From contig RHPI01000193.1 of the NCBI GenBank assembly GCA_009103225.1, positions 616,650 through 680,649 of the forward strand: a stretch of DNA of 64,000 nt, read 5' to 3'. The notes under the pieces are model-generated. The model had not been told where the DNA came from. It ran no database searches and saw only the letters and a program-made list of their open reading frames with translations. Every line of letters begins with the position of its first letter. Position 1 is the first letter of the stretch. Made by a program: the position numbers and the translations under genes. Below are positions 41,431-55,578 of this stretch, piece by piece. The DNA comes from Chlorokybus atmophyticus (Eukaryota > Plantae > Mesostigma and Chlorokybus algae).

Positions 41431-42074
41431 GCCGACGACAACGGCAACAACACCGCCGCCGCCGCCGCCCTGCGCGATGCCGTGCAGTGTCTAATCTGTT
41501 TTGCGCGGGAAAACCGCGATAGACGATGACTGATTACATCCATGCATCATTTAATACGTCACATCATGTTCATCTATGGTAATGAATTGGTGCAAGCTAG
41601 CTATTCCTTCATTGAACGTCAAACCATTTGAAACCAGAGAGACCAGGTTTTACGCAACAAGCTGCCACCAGCTGAGTCACATAGGCTTGGTCAATCACTC
41701 TCTATGTTACGTGGACACATGAGCGTTGTTCAATATATACTAACCACCATGCCTAACACCCAGCACCTGCAAGCATGCTCACAAGGAGTTAGATTGGTCT
41801 AGCCTGCATGACTCTGTTGTAAACACCAATGACTGGTGGCGTCGACACACGACTCAACGACAAACAACATTAGTCGGTTGGATAATAACTGTCCGCATGC
41901 ATTCAATGTAGGGCTGGGACATAACAATCATATTCTTTCACAAAGAACGTCCTTTGTTCGTTCTTATCTCAATGGTAAAAAGTAAAACGACGTAAGAGTC
42001 GAAAGACCATTTTTTGGTGTTGTTGTTGTTTGTTCTCTATGCATGGCGCATGTAGGGAATAAACCTCTTGCAGT

Positions 42075-42127
42075 CACGCAAAGTCACGCTGTATTGAGCA
42101 CGCATCAATACAGCGTGACTCTGCGTG
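42075..42127. repeat. 23-bp-stem hairpin (1 mismatch, 7-nt loop)
   Basis: cacgcaaagtcacgctgtattga gcacgca tcaatacagcgtgactctgcgtg. Confidence 0.9.
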
Positions 42128-43465
42128 CCACGTGACGCAGCGTGACTCAATGTCACACCTATATTTAATACACGCTTGTATATACATGTTGTGTAGCAAA
42201 ATACATGCTATACATGATATACATGATGTAACGCTTTGTGTTGGATGATGCATGTGATCGTGTTGATATATGTATGCCTTTTAGTAAATTAGATGTACGT
42301 TGTATGAAAGATTATATTCGTATTTGTATTTGTTATCGATGGTTCGTTCGCTGTCACTCGTGAACATCGCTTTTGCTCTGCAAGAACAGAATAAGGTTAC
42401 ATGAAGTTATATCAAAATAACGTTCAGGTTTTTGTTCTTTGTTTGTTCGGTCATGCCCAAACCTAGGTTCGGCCCCAGCCATAATCCAGTGTCAGCCTAC
42501 GCATGTTGCGCACACCAACCCCACCACCCAACCCCACAACCAACACCTGACTGCCAGCAACGACACAACGCTGCAGGGAAAACTACGCAGTGCGGACTGG
42601 CGCTGCGCACCAACTGTGACGTGACACAGAGGGAGCCAGAGCAGAAGGGGCGGGGCAGAGGGGCCCTGCCTCACACACAGGGCGGCAAGGGTTACAGCAC
42701 AAGCGTGTGAAGGCGGAGACGGACGTGAGATGACTGAGTGGGCGTGGGAGGAGGGAGAGAGGGAGAGAGAGGAGAGAGGAGAGAGGAGAGAGACGGGGAG
42801 GGGGGAGCTCATTTGCACACTGTATTGTCCTGCTGTCACGCTGCTCTGCGTCCATACTACGTTGGCCTGACGCTGTTATTGGTGCCGTCCACAGGTGATG
42901 ATTAAACATACATCTGCTACTGGCTGGTTACCTCAATACTATACCCTATACATGCATGCATGCATGCAGGACTAACGGGGCAGCCAAGTAGTAGTAGTGT
43001 GTGAGGAAGTTCATAGCTGGTGAAATACTATTGAGTGCCTCTGCCTGTTTGCGTGTGTGGTATGCGTGACAACATGCACGCTTGCTTCACACTATGCATG
43101 CGACCCTAGACCCGAGCACACGCTCTTTTGTACACTGTCAGCCACAAATGCTGCTTGTACACATGGCAAGTGCACATTGCCATGCGCGGTATTCTACATA
43201 ACTGCTCTACATAACTGCTCACCATAACAACCCACAAATAAGCAGGATGGGCAAAAACTTATTGAACCTTTCTCAAAGGGCAATGCACACCAACCGGTGA
43301 AGAGATGCCAGTCAAGACATCGTACTTGGCACTACCTTCGCTAAGGGCACCTAACAACGACCTAGCACACACGACACAACGCTAAAATGGCACTGGGTGC
43401 AGCACTGCACAGCACTGTGTCAAAGCCCGTGCACACTCGCTTTCTGTGCTTTCTTCTTCTTCAAG

Positions 43466-46400
43466 CTACGTGGCCTCCGGTGACTGCGCCTGTGACACCT
43501 GATGCTGAGACTTCTGTTGTTGTGCTTGCAGTTGCAACTCGTACAGCGCCGTCATTTGCAAGTATGGGATCTCAAGCAGTTTCTCGTCATTGACCTGCAA
43601 ACACATGCCCGGTTGGTAAGTACAGGTATTAGTAATGCAAGTAGGCAATACTGTAAAGTACCCAGCATGTGTGTACTTTACAGTATTGTTGCAGTAACAT
43701 ACCTGCTGGGCCTTGAGCACGAGTTGATGCAAGTAGCCACGGTACTCGCTGCATCTGTCCTGGCGAATCTTATGCAAGAGAAAGGCACTCGCAAAGTATG
43801 CAACCCTTGGCTCGTGATCATCCATCTGCAGCCTAAAGAAGGACTCCCCGCCAACAGCTGTCAATGCGACACCATCAAAGGAGCATCGGTGTATGAGCAA
43901 CAGCAGCAGAGTGACGCGCATGTCCCGCACGTAGTCTGCCAGCTCGTCTCTTATGATGCTGTGGTCTTTTGCTGATGCCAGCTGGACATACGGCCAGTGG
44001 AGAAGGCGAAGCCCAATGCGCGCAAGTCTCTGTAAACAGCACAGTTTGGCCAACTTCACCACAGCAACGTAGGAAGTGGAACTACAGCACAAGTCCACTT
44101 ACCTCCTTTGGCACATGTGCTTGGCCAGTCAACAAGCGGGTGACCAACATGTCATTCTCATCAGCAACGGCGGCTCCATCGCGGCTGGCAGACACCATCA
44201 ACAGCATGACATTGCACATGCGCAGCAGCATGGCGGTATCCTTCTCGCCCACAGCAACAAGCTTGCCCAGCCCTTCGTTCATGGCGCTGATGACTTCATC
44301 AACAGCAGGCCCGTTGGCAGCTTGGCTCTGCGTGGACCAGTCTCCCGCCCAGCTGATCTGCTGCAGTAGTAGAAGGCGCTCCACAACAGTCAGATAACCA
44401 GAGCGCACAACCGGGTTCGGGTGCTCCAGCAGCTCACACAGCACCTGCGAAGAGGCCAAACAGGATTATTGGCACAGGAGCCACACATGCCACAGATGGC
44501 ACAAGGCGCATGCAAGTTAACTGCACAATGAAGGCGAGAGAGGTCAGTAGCCTGCACCTGCAATGCACGGGACCGTGTGGTAGACCCAACTTCCTCTTTG
44601 CTTTCAACGTCTGGGTCACCGTCCAGGCCCAATCCAGCAAGTGGCTGTGAGACAGCAAAGGTCAGGAGTCAATGTTACACAAGGCTGACTCTACTGGCGA
44701 TGTGGCAGGTAATGCATGCTTGCAGGCTGACAGGGTTGGGCAGTAGAGTAGTGAAGTAAGTAGTAGGTAGTGTGCACCTAGCCCGGTGGTCGTGATAGAG
44801 GTGAGTGTGGTTATGGTGAAGTGTCTATGCATGTGTCGTGCATATTGCATACATCACGAGCATATTCTGTACACACTGCGAGGGACAATAGCAACATAGG
44901 CAACCGCAGCTCTGTACCGGTGTTGCAAACTCAGCGCCGAGCGCCACCCCACCAACTCCCTCAGCATCATTCTCCCAGCGCAGATACCCAGCACAGCCTG
45001 CAAAGACAAGAAGGGATCAGACTCGCACATATTGCGCAAAAGTGTAATATGTGTGCAATTGTGCACCATGACGGCTCAGTAGTACCTGCCAGCAACTCGA
45101 AAAGCCAACCCGTTCCATTGGCCCTGTCCTCATAGCGGTCTGAGCAGAGAAGTGCCCGCAGATTGCCCCAGGCTTGCAAACTCTGTGTTTGCATCCCTGA
45201 GCTTCCCTCCGTGTCATTCATGCCGAGCGTGGCGGCAATCTGTGACTGAAACTCTTTGTCAACCGTACGACCATCAATTGCCAGCATCTGCACAATTCTG
45301 AGATTAGTAGCTGAAGCAGTATAAAACAGTGATGACAATTGGGATTTGTCACATGTCAAACCTGAAGTTCAGACACAACTGCTTTCAACAACTTGCTGCT
45401 GAACTTGCCGGCTTTCTCCTTTCTTTCAACTGCTGTGACCACAAACTGGGCAACTCCATCGCACATGCCGGCAACAGCTAGTTTGCAGGCTGATGCCATG
45501 AACTCAGGTAACTCAGCCGCCACGAGGGACGTGAACACTGCTCGGATGTCAGCCTCTGAAGAGCACAGTTCTTGGCCGCGGGGCGTCAAGCGGATGTGGC
45601 CAAGAGCGCAATCAAAAAGCACTGCTCAAGCAAGACACGTGTCAATATGCAGCGGCGAGGACTGCAACAATGACTGTCATGTTGAAACATACCTGCAAAG
45701 AGCGTCTTCTGGACTGCCAGAGACAAAGCCGCAGCGTACTGTTCACATATCAACTTGATACCACCAAGGCGCTCAACACGATTAAGGTCCAACTCTGTTG
45801 TTCCTAGCAAGCCATCTCCATCCATGGAGCCGCGTCGGCGGAGGCGATTATCTACACTCACAACATAGGAAGAGTGGGCGGCGATTTGGATAAGTTCCTG
45901 CTGAACTCGCGGAGGCCAGTAACTTGAGCCTGCGATATCCAGCAACGCACGCAAAGCCCTGATGTCTACGCTCTGAAATTTCAAGTAATCCACAGCGCCA
46001 TTCCTGGTTGCCAGATACAGCATGCCACTCACAGCTGCAGCCCAGACTTCTTCCACAGACTCATCAACCTGCATAAGAAGTTTACACAGGTGTTATCATC
46101 AAGTGCGTATGCTGCAGCACACTGCCTGCAGAAACCAACGCAGACGCTGCGACTAGAACAAGCGATGACAGCTGCTGATGCGCCAACCTGTGTGACGAAC
46201 AGAAGCATCTCCTCCAATAGCCTCCACAGCCAGTCCTCCAAGTCGCGGACAGCTGCTGCACGTGAGCGGATCTCATTGCGAGTTGGAGATGCAGCACTGG
46301 ACAAAGGTTCTGGGTCTGGGGGTGGCACTAGTAAATGGGCGTGAACACCAAGGTTGAGTAGCAAGTCAAACGCGCGAACACGGATGCCCACGGAAGATGA

Positions 46401-47711
46401 TGACAACATGTCCTGCAACAGAAAACATGGCGTAAGTGCTGCAGCATAATAGGTAGGCAACAGGTAGATAAGGCAAATGCATGGGATGCAGATAGCAACT
46501 GGCAGCACCTGTAGTAAGGACAACGTGAGCGGTGCTGCAACCTGAGGGTCCACCAGATACATATCCATCAGAATTTTGATTAAGACGTTGTGTATGATGC
46601 CTGGCTCCGAAGCATCCGTACAAACTGCCGCAATCACTTCTGCAACTTCTTTGTGGCTTAAACGCAGTGGCGCCTGCTCGGAATAGCATCTATACTGGAA
46701 TAGAAGCTGTGCTCCTCGGCCCTTCCAGACAATACTGGCTGGCCCGCTTTCTCCAAGTTGTTGCTTCCGCTTCGCTGCTGCCACAGGCTTGATGTGGTCA
46801 GCATAGGCAGCACTGTTGTCAATTGCAAAGGTGCTGTCTTGAGACTTGTCACCAGCATTGCTAACGCTGTTGGCAGTCTCCCCACTTAGCCATGACAGAC
46901 GGGGCTTCTTGATGTCTGGGCTGTGCCCAAGTGTTGCACGCAGTAGTGGGAGCGTCTCTCCATCACGAAGGGCCCACCGAAGAAGAAGGAAAGTGGATCT
47001 TTGTTGTTTTGCAGGCTTCAGCTGCTCATTGGGAGAAATTGGGAGCAAAGCAGGAGGTTCATCAGGGGGCAGGCGGAAAGTCTCTGAAGGTGATGGTACA
47101 GGCGAGGCCAAAAAGGTGGTTGGGACCGCAAGTGGGGTGCGTGCGCTAGTGGGAGTTAACAAAGGATTATCAACAGGTAGCCGGCTGGCTTGGGCAAAGG
47201 TGGGTGAAAACGCAGAGTTTGATGATGAAATGTGGCGAGCCACCAGAGCTCTAACATATGTCAAAGACTTGACGAGGCCATGTGCAGAGCTCTTGGCTGC
47301 AGTGGAACAAGCTTTGATGGAATTGATGGTGGACAAGCAAAAAGCATCGATATGGCGCAGTGTGGCTGTTGTTGGCACGTGTCGCAGCAGATTGCGCTTC
47401 AGCAACTCCACACACTGCGTGAGCACCTGCACGCTGCGCTTTCTCTCAGCTGTGGCCCTTTCCAAAATTAAGTAGTACGCAAAATCTACAGTTGTGCTGT
47501 CAGAGAGGTATGTGCCGAGGAGACGCAAGGCCTCAGAAGTCTTGGGTGTGTTTACGCCTGCGGTGCTTTCTGTGACTGCTCTCCTGAGTGGCTCCGCTGC
47601 AACTGCCACCAGCAAAGGATTCCAATGGCCCGGTGATCCCGGAGCAGATGATTTGGGATTCGATGCCGAACCTGATGCGGGCTGCGCTGCCTCTGCATGT
47701 GCAGCCGCCAT
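43466..47711 (-). CDS. Conserved plant uncharacterised protein, At3g12590-like, multi-exon
   Basis: N-terminal EPLRRAV...SEALRLLGTYLS..TTVDFAYYLILERATAERKRS.QVLTQCVELLKR and C-terminal NDEKLLEIPYLQM match At3g12590 as recalled. Confidence 0.75.
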
Positions 47712-47732
47712 ACCAGACTACCACCGTCCCCA

Positions 47733-48387
47733 TCACCTGGGCGGATTGCGCTGGTCCAACTGCTTCTTGGCAAACTCCTCCATCTGTTTTGTCACCCTCT
47801 CTTTCTGCTCTGCTGCCTGTTGACGGACAAGCTGCATGAGCCATCAACAAAGGTAACATAGCTGACAGTGCACATGCCTCTCTCTGCGTATACATGTTGT
47901 GTGCATCGCAAGAACTCCAAATACCACTCGCCAGCCTCTTGCAGCAATGCGCCAAACCATACTCTGACATACACACCACTGCATGTGCAGGGGCCTAATC
48001 GTTGTATGTATTGACGACGTTGCTGAAGCGTGCAAAGTTTGGTTTCAACAGCATGCAGTTCTGACCATAAGACAAACGCAATCAAGCAGCTGCGGACGTC
48101 TGGCTACTGAAGAAGCACAACTGGAACTGAGCAAGTCGGAGTAGCACAACACACTGGTAAACAACATCTTAGGCAATATACGTGTTGGGCTGCAGATTCC
48201 AAACAGTCGTAAACCAGCAACGGATGCAAGTCATCGTAACAAAACACAATCGACGCACCTGCTTGGCCAAATCTTCCGCAGCTTTAGACGTCCGCACAGC
48301 AAACCGCTGGAAAGCGCGCGAGTTGGCCAGACGATCAATGAGCAGCTCGTTCACCACGTAAGAAATCACGCGCTGCAGAAAGCTCAT
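47733..48387 (-). CDS. Small conserved protein (~70 aa), At5g01350-like, two exons
   Basis: Exon 48387-48259 MSFLQRVISYVVNELLIDRLANSRAFQRFAVRTSKAAEDLAKQ joined in phase 0 to exon 47816-47733 AAEQKERVTKQMEEFAKKQLDQRNPPR*. Confidence 0.75.
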
Positions 48388-48711
48388 CCTTACACGCCAA
48401 AGGTACAACTACATGCAAAAGAACACCAGCAACACCGCCACCGCCGCCGCCACCGCCGGCACCGCCGCCACCTGCAACTGCCACGTCACCTGTGGCCTAA
48501 ACCCTAATTCCAGTAACCTCGGCTTAGGGCCATATCAGTTCGATGCACAAGATATCATCTCGAATATCAAGGGCACTTGGATGTTGTTGCAGTCGGAAAC
48601 AGCGCCATGATTGTCAATCTGAAATTGAATGTCGGTGCTGAAAGCGCTATATTTTACCTAGACTTGATATCAGTGACAAGGGAGCAAGCCAGCGTTGTAA
48701 CGGGCGGCGGC

Positions 48712-51700
48712 ATGGCGGCGGAGGGCGGCGACGGGGTGGTCGAGGAGGTCGTCGTTGTGCAGGACGGGGAGGACACAGGAGCAGTGCTAGATGCCTCCAC
48801 CGCTGGCGCTTCTGTTGCTTCTGCAGCTGCAGGAGGAAAGGACATCAGCGCCGCCTGGTACAGAACCACGCTGTGCAGGTACCACGCCAAGGGCGCCTGC
48901 AAGCATGGTGACAGCTGCGTTTACGCGCATTCCGCCGCTGAGCTGCGGCCCAGGCCAGACGGCACCCTCAACTTGCCCACCGCACCCCGGCTGCCCCGCG
49001 AGGACAGGTCCAACGGCGGCGGACCAGCTGTCCTGGAAGCGCTGGCCAACCATGAAGGACCCATCCAGGTGAGCTCAGCTTAGCTTTACTGACCTCAGCT
49101 AATCTTACTGGCTTGCATGCATAGAAATCTGGTGTGCACAAACTGAAGTGGTTGAGCGCTGCGTGGGCAGCTAGCAGTGCTTTGGCAGAGAGCATTCCCA
49201 GTGGCTTTACCAGGTTGAGGTTGTTTTGAATGTTGGCAGCTAGCCGTTGCATTACGCATTACTGCTTACATTCAGCAACGACGTATATGCAGTACGTCTG
49301 GTTGAAGACCTGCCTTGTAAAGCTTGTACTGTACAGCTTGGCCACTGTGAACACTGGTAATGCGCTATCATACACGACGTGTCGTCATCCTTGTTGGCGT
49401 TCAAGACATTTGAGTTGAACACTTGCAATCAGCATACACGAAGCTGGTAGTTGCATGCTATGTTCATATGTAAGATCGTTGTTGCTTTTGCAGGTCTGTC
49501 TGCTGCACACTCCTCGACACTGGAAGAACGTGGAGCTAAGGAAGATGTTTGATAAACTGGTGAGTGTTGCTCAACGACACAGTTGTCTCAGCTGTGAGCA
49601 CAGCCAGTTCAGGCAGTGCCAGTATGGCAAATGAACCCCGCTTGGCTGCCATAACCTTACTCTGGTCGCTTGTGCTTGGCAGGGATTGACATATACGCAT
49701 GCAAAGAAGCAACGCGGCTGTGGGTACGGTTTTGTCACCTTTCCAGATGTTTCAGCCCTAGCAGCAGCGGTTCCGGTAAGTTCTACAATAAGCGCATTCA
49801 GCCAATGGGATGCAGCATCTCTGTGTGGGTGTGCGAGCGCGGGGGGGGGGTAATGCGCGCAGGCGCGCTATGTGGCTGCGTGCGCACACTATGTGCTCGT
49901 GCGTGCGTTCGTGTCTGTATGCGTGCCCGCATGGGTGCACGCGCCCGTGCACGTAGGTGTGCGTGTATGTGTGCAGTTGTCCGGCAGTGTTACCCACGTG
50001 TGCGTCTGCAGGTGATTGAGCAGCAGAAGGGGGTTGCACAGCGCTGCTTGAGTGTGGAGTTTGCGAAGCCCCGACAATGGGAGACACAAGAGCCACAACA
50101 TGAAGATGGCAATAATTCAGATGATAGCGAAAAGTCTGATGACGAGAAGCCAACAACAGATGATGCGGATAGACCAGTGAGTATTGCTGATTGCCGCATT
50201 GCACTTTCGTGGTGCAGGATTTTTCCACATTGGAAGGAGACATAAGACATGCCTTGTGCAGTGCAGTTCAGGGAGGGCCCCGACAGACATCCGGGACGTT
50301 GTCACGCCATTGTGGCAAGCTGCATACAACAAGCAGCTTGAGACAAAGTTGCTCATCGTGGCACAAGCGCTGAAGAAAATATCCAACCGAACACGCAAAC
50401 TCTATCCAAGGACAGCAGTGCTGCCCGATTGGGTTCAACAGTCATATCAGCGCGGTCGGTTAGCCTGCCCGCTGGTCGGCATCATCCCATCACCCGAAGT
50501 CAATGGTTACCGAAATAAAGTTGAAATGACTGCTGGCGTTGATGCCAATGGGCAGCGTACAGTTGGCTTCCAGTTAGGTGAGAAGCAGGCCCAATGCGGC
50601 TTCAATGCTGTTGTATTTGTGTTTGCGTTGGTGATTGCAAACGAGCATGACTGTTTAAACATTCGCTGTTCAAACATCGAGTCATGCTCTTGTGCACTAA
50701 CATCCAGTCAGGGTGGTTGTCTGACTGCATCCGTAACACAGGTATGTACAAGGATGGCATCACGGCAATAGCCGAGGCGACAGAGTGTCCCAACGTGTCT
50801 GTTATTGCAAAGCAGTTTGGCGCTGTCTTTCGAGACTTCATTCGCTCGTCAAAGCTGGAGGTTTGGGATAAGAAGACAAATGTGGGTGTCTGGCGCATGC
50901 TCACTGTCCGGGAAGGCAGGCACAAGCAGACACAGCAAATGCAGGTTTGTGAAAATATCGAGGTGATTGTCACTTTCTACAGTATGTCAGTTGATAAGTC
51001 TTGACAAGTTGTGTGGCAGAAACAAGTGGAGCAGCAGGCATTAGACTTGGATGCCCTTAGCAACCCCATGGAGGAGTTGGACAACACTGTCTCAAATGTG
51101 GCGTCAATTCTGCTCGTAGTGCAGTTGTGTCCAGACGGCATTGACCCCAATGTGCTGCAAGCTGAGTGCGACAGCCTGGTTGATGCTTTGGTCCAGCATG
51201 CAAAGTCTTCTGCCCCGCCATTGCCGCTGTCGTCACTCAACTTCCAATATTACGGCGGGATGTCCAACTCTGCGCCCGAGGGAACAGACCTTCAAGTAGC
51301 CAAGGCAGAGGGCGTGACGTTCTCTGCGCACTTGCTGGAGCACATGTGCAACTTGCAGTTCAGGGTGTCACCTACAGCATTTTTCCAGGTCAGGCTTCTG
51401 ATGTGCGCACGGCATACGCACACATGGATTCACGCATGCACACATGTGCATGCGTATGCGTCGGTGCATGCGCAGGCAAGCAAATACGCATGTGTTGTTG
51501 CACGCTTTACACAGGCACACGTGCACACACACTTGCGCAAACGCGTGCGTACATTCACATTAAGAGCACAGCCTCTTCTGAAGTGCACCAGATGAAAATT
51601 TACCCAGCGGCGTTGTGCATGCGTTGAGTTGTGACTGTTGCTTGCAGGTCAACACGCTCGCAGCTGAACGGCTGTACCGCCTTGTCGGTGAGTGGGCCGG

Positions 51701-52440
51701 TTGCAGCCGTGATTCCCTTGTTCTGGACATCTGCTGCGGGACGGGCACTATCGGCTTAACACTCGCGCGTTTGGTTGGCAAAGTCATTGGCATCGAGTTG
51801 AATCCATCCGCAGTAGAGGACGCCAAAGAGAATGCCAGGCTTAATGACATAGCCAACTGTGAGTTCATCTGTGGCAGAGCTGAGGAAGTCATAGAGAAGG
51901 TGTTGTATGAGCACGCTGCGTTGGTCGATGATGAAAGGCCTGCCCAAGAACAACAAGCACAAGAGCCCGCATCCACGAGCAACGGAGAGCATGCAAGCGC
52001 TTCCAATGGCGCCACTGAACAAGCAGAGGCAACGAGCACAAGCAGCAGCAGAAAGTACACCAACATTATTGCAATTGTGGACCCGCCCCGCACCGGCCTG
52101 CATCACAGCGTGTTGCGAAGTCTCCGTGCGCATCGGAAACTTCAACGCCTGATGTAAGTTGGTTTGCGGTATCATACGCAATTGGATGTTGTATTCAGCT
52201 GTGAGCAGTTGTCTCACTTTCTCATACTACAGATATGTGTCCTGCAATCCCGACACATTCGCGTTGAATGCGGTTGATCTCTGCGGTCCCTCTCAAGACC
52301 ATCTAGACAGGGGTGGCGCAGCTGGTAGGAAACGCCAGAAGCTGCATCGCATGAAACCGTTTGTGCCGGTCAAGTCTGTGGCAGTGGACTTGTTCCCGCA
52401 CACGCAGCACTGCGAGATGGTAACTCTCTTTGAGAGGTGA
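48712..52440 (+). CDS. TRMT2A: CCCH zinc finger + TRMT2A/TrmA-type tRNA (uracil-5)-methyltransferase
   Basis: CCCH finger CRYHAKGACKHGDSCVYAH; GYRNKVEM; FRVSPTAFFQVN; LDICCGTGTIG; IVDPPRTGLH; YVSCNP; VDLFPHTQHCEMV. Confidence 0.9.
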
Positions 52441-53165
52441 TACCAGCAATGGCAGTGCCGCCAAGTGGTCCTGTAGGTGGTAAAGCGCAGTAATCATTCA
52501 TTTACATGCCATTCTGCGCGCTTGTTGCAGTGCGGCATGCGGGTCTGCATGTTCCCTGAATCTATCACTCTGAATGCGCATGATGAGGTTGGTGGCTGTG
52601 TGCCACCAGTTCCTCAACAATGCAGTATTTTACACTTGCATTGTTTGCGACTTTCCGTGGTTGCAGATGAGCTCGCCCAGCGTTGCACACAGGTGTGTGC
52701 AGAACTTGAGCATTGCAATCTTTGTACTTATTCAATTAGCTGTGTGTGCTTGATTGTCTGCCGTGCAGGTTCTTTGCCTGGTGTGTATCTCTGAGTGGTA
52801 CAGCTGGCACTTGTGCATTAACCGGCCCATAAACTTGTGTTATAAGTTGAGAATCCACCAGACTTAGCCACCAAGCCAGCAAGCCAGCAAGCAGTCACAT
52901 AAGTAAGTAGATAATGCTGCAAGCAAAACACTGCCTTGCACAATGTGCAATGCACACCACTGCATATATTCTACACAACAGTTGCAAATGCTTGGCATTC
53001 AACACGCGAGAGTGCCATACAAGTTTGATCACGAGTTCAAGTTTTTGGACAGGTACCAACAACATCACCTTCAAGCTGTTGCCAGCGAGCGCGCAGTCAA
53101 TCCCCTCCCGGTTCTCTTACACATGCGCACCCACACCAGAGACGTATAGCAGCGGCTGGGACTTG

Positions 53166-54165
53166 CTAGTGGCTGATGAAGTGAAGCGCCTCATTGGTCC
53201 CAACCCACAACCCAAACTCTGCACCGCACGCCTTGCTCGGCACATCTGCACAGTATTCGACTTTTGCAGCGCTGTCTTACATGCATACGATACATACAGA
53301 ACTGCAACGACACCTATATCAACGCACCATGCGTAAAGGCGATGGCTGTTCCAGGCCCGCTAAGTGGATCGACAGAGTGCAGAAGCTTTCCCGAGGACAC
53401 GTCCCACACACGCACTTGGCTATCTTCACCCCCTGCAGCGTCCCACACAACATTATCCAACATCCAACCAGCAAGACAGATGAACTACTTTGTGTGTGCT
53501 CTCACCACTCACCTGCAGCAATGAAGTGGCCCTTGGCATCAACTGCTAGGGGCAACATCATGTGGGTGTTGCGGTGCCCGGGATACTCTAACACTACACG
53601 CATCATGCGCCGGTCCCAAAGCCTCATCTGGGACATTGCGTGTTACTCCCTAGATAGTAAGCACTGAACATATGTCGTTGACTATTATTGCAAACGCCAT
53701 GACTCTATGCACACACACGCACGTACAGTGCCGTCCATGGATGATGCCACCAGGTACGTGTCATCACCAGGCAGAGCCTTCAACCTGAGCACATAACGGA
53801 ACAGTGTGAGGCCAATGTTGACAACTGTGCTCCTCAACAACACAGGAGAGCAAGAACAGGCAGGCATGTGCATGTAAGCGCTGATCAAAATTGCCATCAG
53901 GAAAAGGTGGACACTTACGCCGTAACAGCACCTGGCATGCGGGCTTTTGGACCACGACCACCCCGTGAGCGCCTGTCAATGGTCCAGATGGCTCCATTCC
54001 TCAGACCTGCTAAGATCACATTGCCCTGCACCCACTTTTGTAATCGACTATGATGCTTCACATACGCGCACTTGCATGCGCACACGCACACACACACACA
54101 GACACACGCGAGCACGCGCACACACACCCGCAGGTGCACGCAAGCACAATCCACACGCGCACACC

Positions 54166-54201
<36 letters not shown>

Positions 54202-55578
54202 GTCCTACCGCAGAGCTCAGCGCAACCGCCAACGCATCCGACGGGCACCGCGCCACCTGTTTCCCCCTCTCCTCTCCTCCCCCGACTGCCGCCGTCCACA
54301 CGCCCCGCGACACTCCGACAGCCGCGTGTCCCGTGTCTGGTAGCACATCCGCGGCGAATACGGTGCCGCCGAACTCGAGACGCTGTTGCATATGCATGCC
54401 TAAGGGAGACAATGGATACGTGTGCATGGCACCCATTTCACCGCAGCCGCCCATCGTGAAGACGCTGCAAGAGACTCAGTGTTGTATAACCAACATTGGC
54501 AAGGTGTGGGCTGGACATAGTCACAAGCGTTTGAGAGCATGAAATAACACATTCCATAGCAGATAACACTTGTACGTGCCATTGCATGTGCCTGTGCGTC
54601 TGCGCGAGCGCGCACGTGCATGTCGGTGCACATGTGGGTGTGGGTGTGGGTGTGGGTGCATGTGCATACATGCATACAGTTGCAAGTTTTTGTACGCATC
54701 CGCACCATAAGATGTTGCTTCCTTCCTCTTGCGATGATGATCTCGTGACGTACTGAAGTGACGCAATCGGAGCTGTGAACTTTGGAAGCAGCGGCTTCAA
54801 GCAGGCTTCTCCTCCTTGCTCCCACAACCCTCTGCACACAACGAGTTAAAGCCCTCCCTTCCCATGAAACAAGCTCACTAATACCACACCCACACCAACC
54901 AAATACATGTCACTTACAGGACTGTGCCACTCTTGCCTCCAGTAACGAGGCAAAGCTCTTCAACCTTCCCCTCTGCATGCACGTGTTGCACGTGCGTTGG
55001 CACGGGTAACAAAGCGGCGTCGGCCGAGCCGGGGCACGGCTGCTCTGATTGTGGACGCCAGCGCTGGACCAGTGATTGGCGCAGGGACGCGGAGGGGCGA
55101 GCGGAGAGCTCTGACTGGCGTAAGACGGTGAGGAGGCCTGCGGGATATGTTGGAGTGGGTGGGTGGGGGCGGGGGGGTGTGCATGTGCATGTGCGTGTGG
55201 GTGTACACGTGCTTGAAGGATTGCGTCTCTGCGTGTGCGTGCCCGTACAATGTGGTGAGTGCATTCGTGCGTGCGTGCATGTGTGTCCGCGCATATGCGA
55301 GAGCGCTGGCACGCATATGGCTGTGCATGTGTACAGCAAATGTGCGTGTGCGCACATGTGGGCGTGCGTTCAGGTGGGTGCACTCCCAGTTTCTGTGAAT
55401 CTATCACCCTTTCACGTGCAATAACAACTGCTGCAAGACTTGTGTTGAACACACCTGTTCGCCTTACGGATGGTTGCTGTGCGGACTGACTGGTTTTTGC
55501 TTCATCTTTGTTTACAGGAGGACGCACAGAGAGCGGGAAATAGCGGTTGCGCTTTTCATCATACCAGAAGCCCGGCAA
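53166..55578 (-). CDS. WD40 protein, DCAF4/WDR21-like, multi-exon
   Basis: N-terminal MPGFWYDEKRNRYF motif; WD exons ILAGLRNGAIWTIDRR, LVASSMDG..MRLWDRR, GEDSQVRVWDVSSGKLL; stop at 53166. Confidence 0.7.

Noticed and set aside
54048-55489. Many His/Thr- or Cys/Val-rich ORFs
   Set aside because: They come from (CA)n/(GT)n-rich intron sequence typical of this genome.
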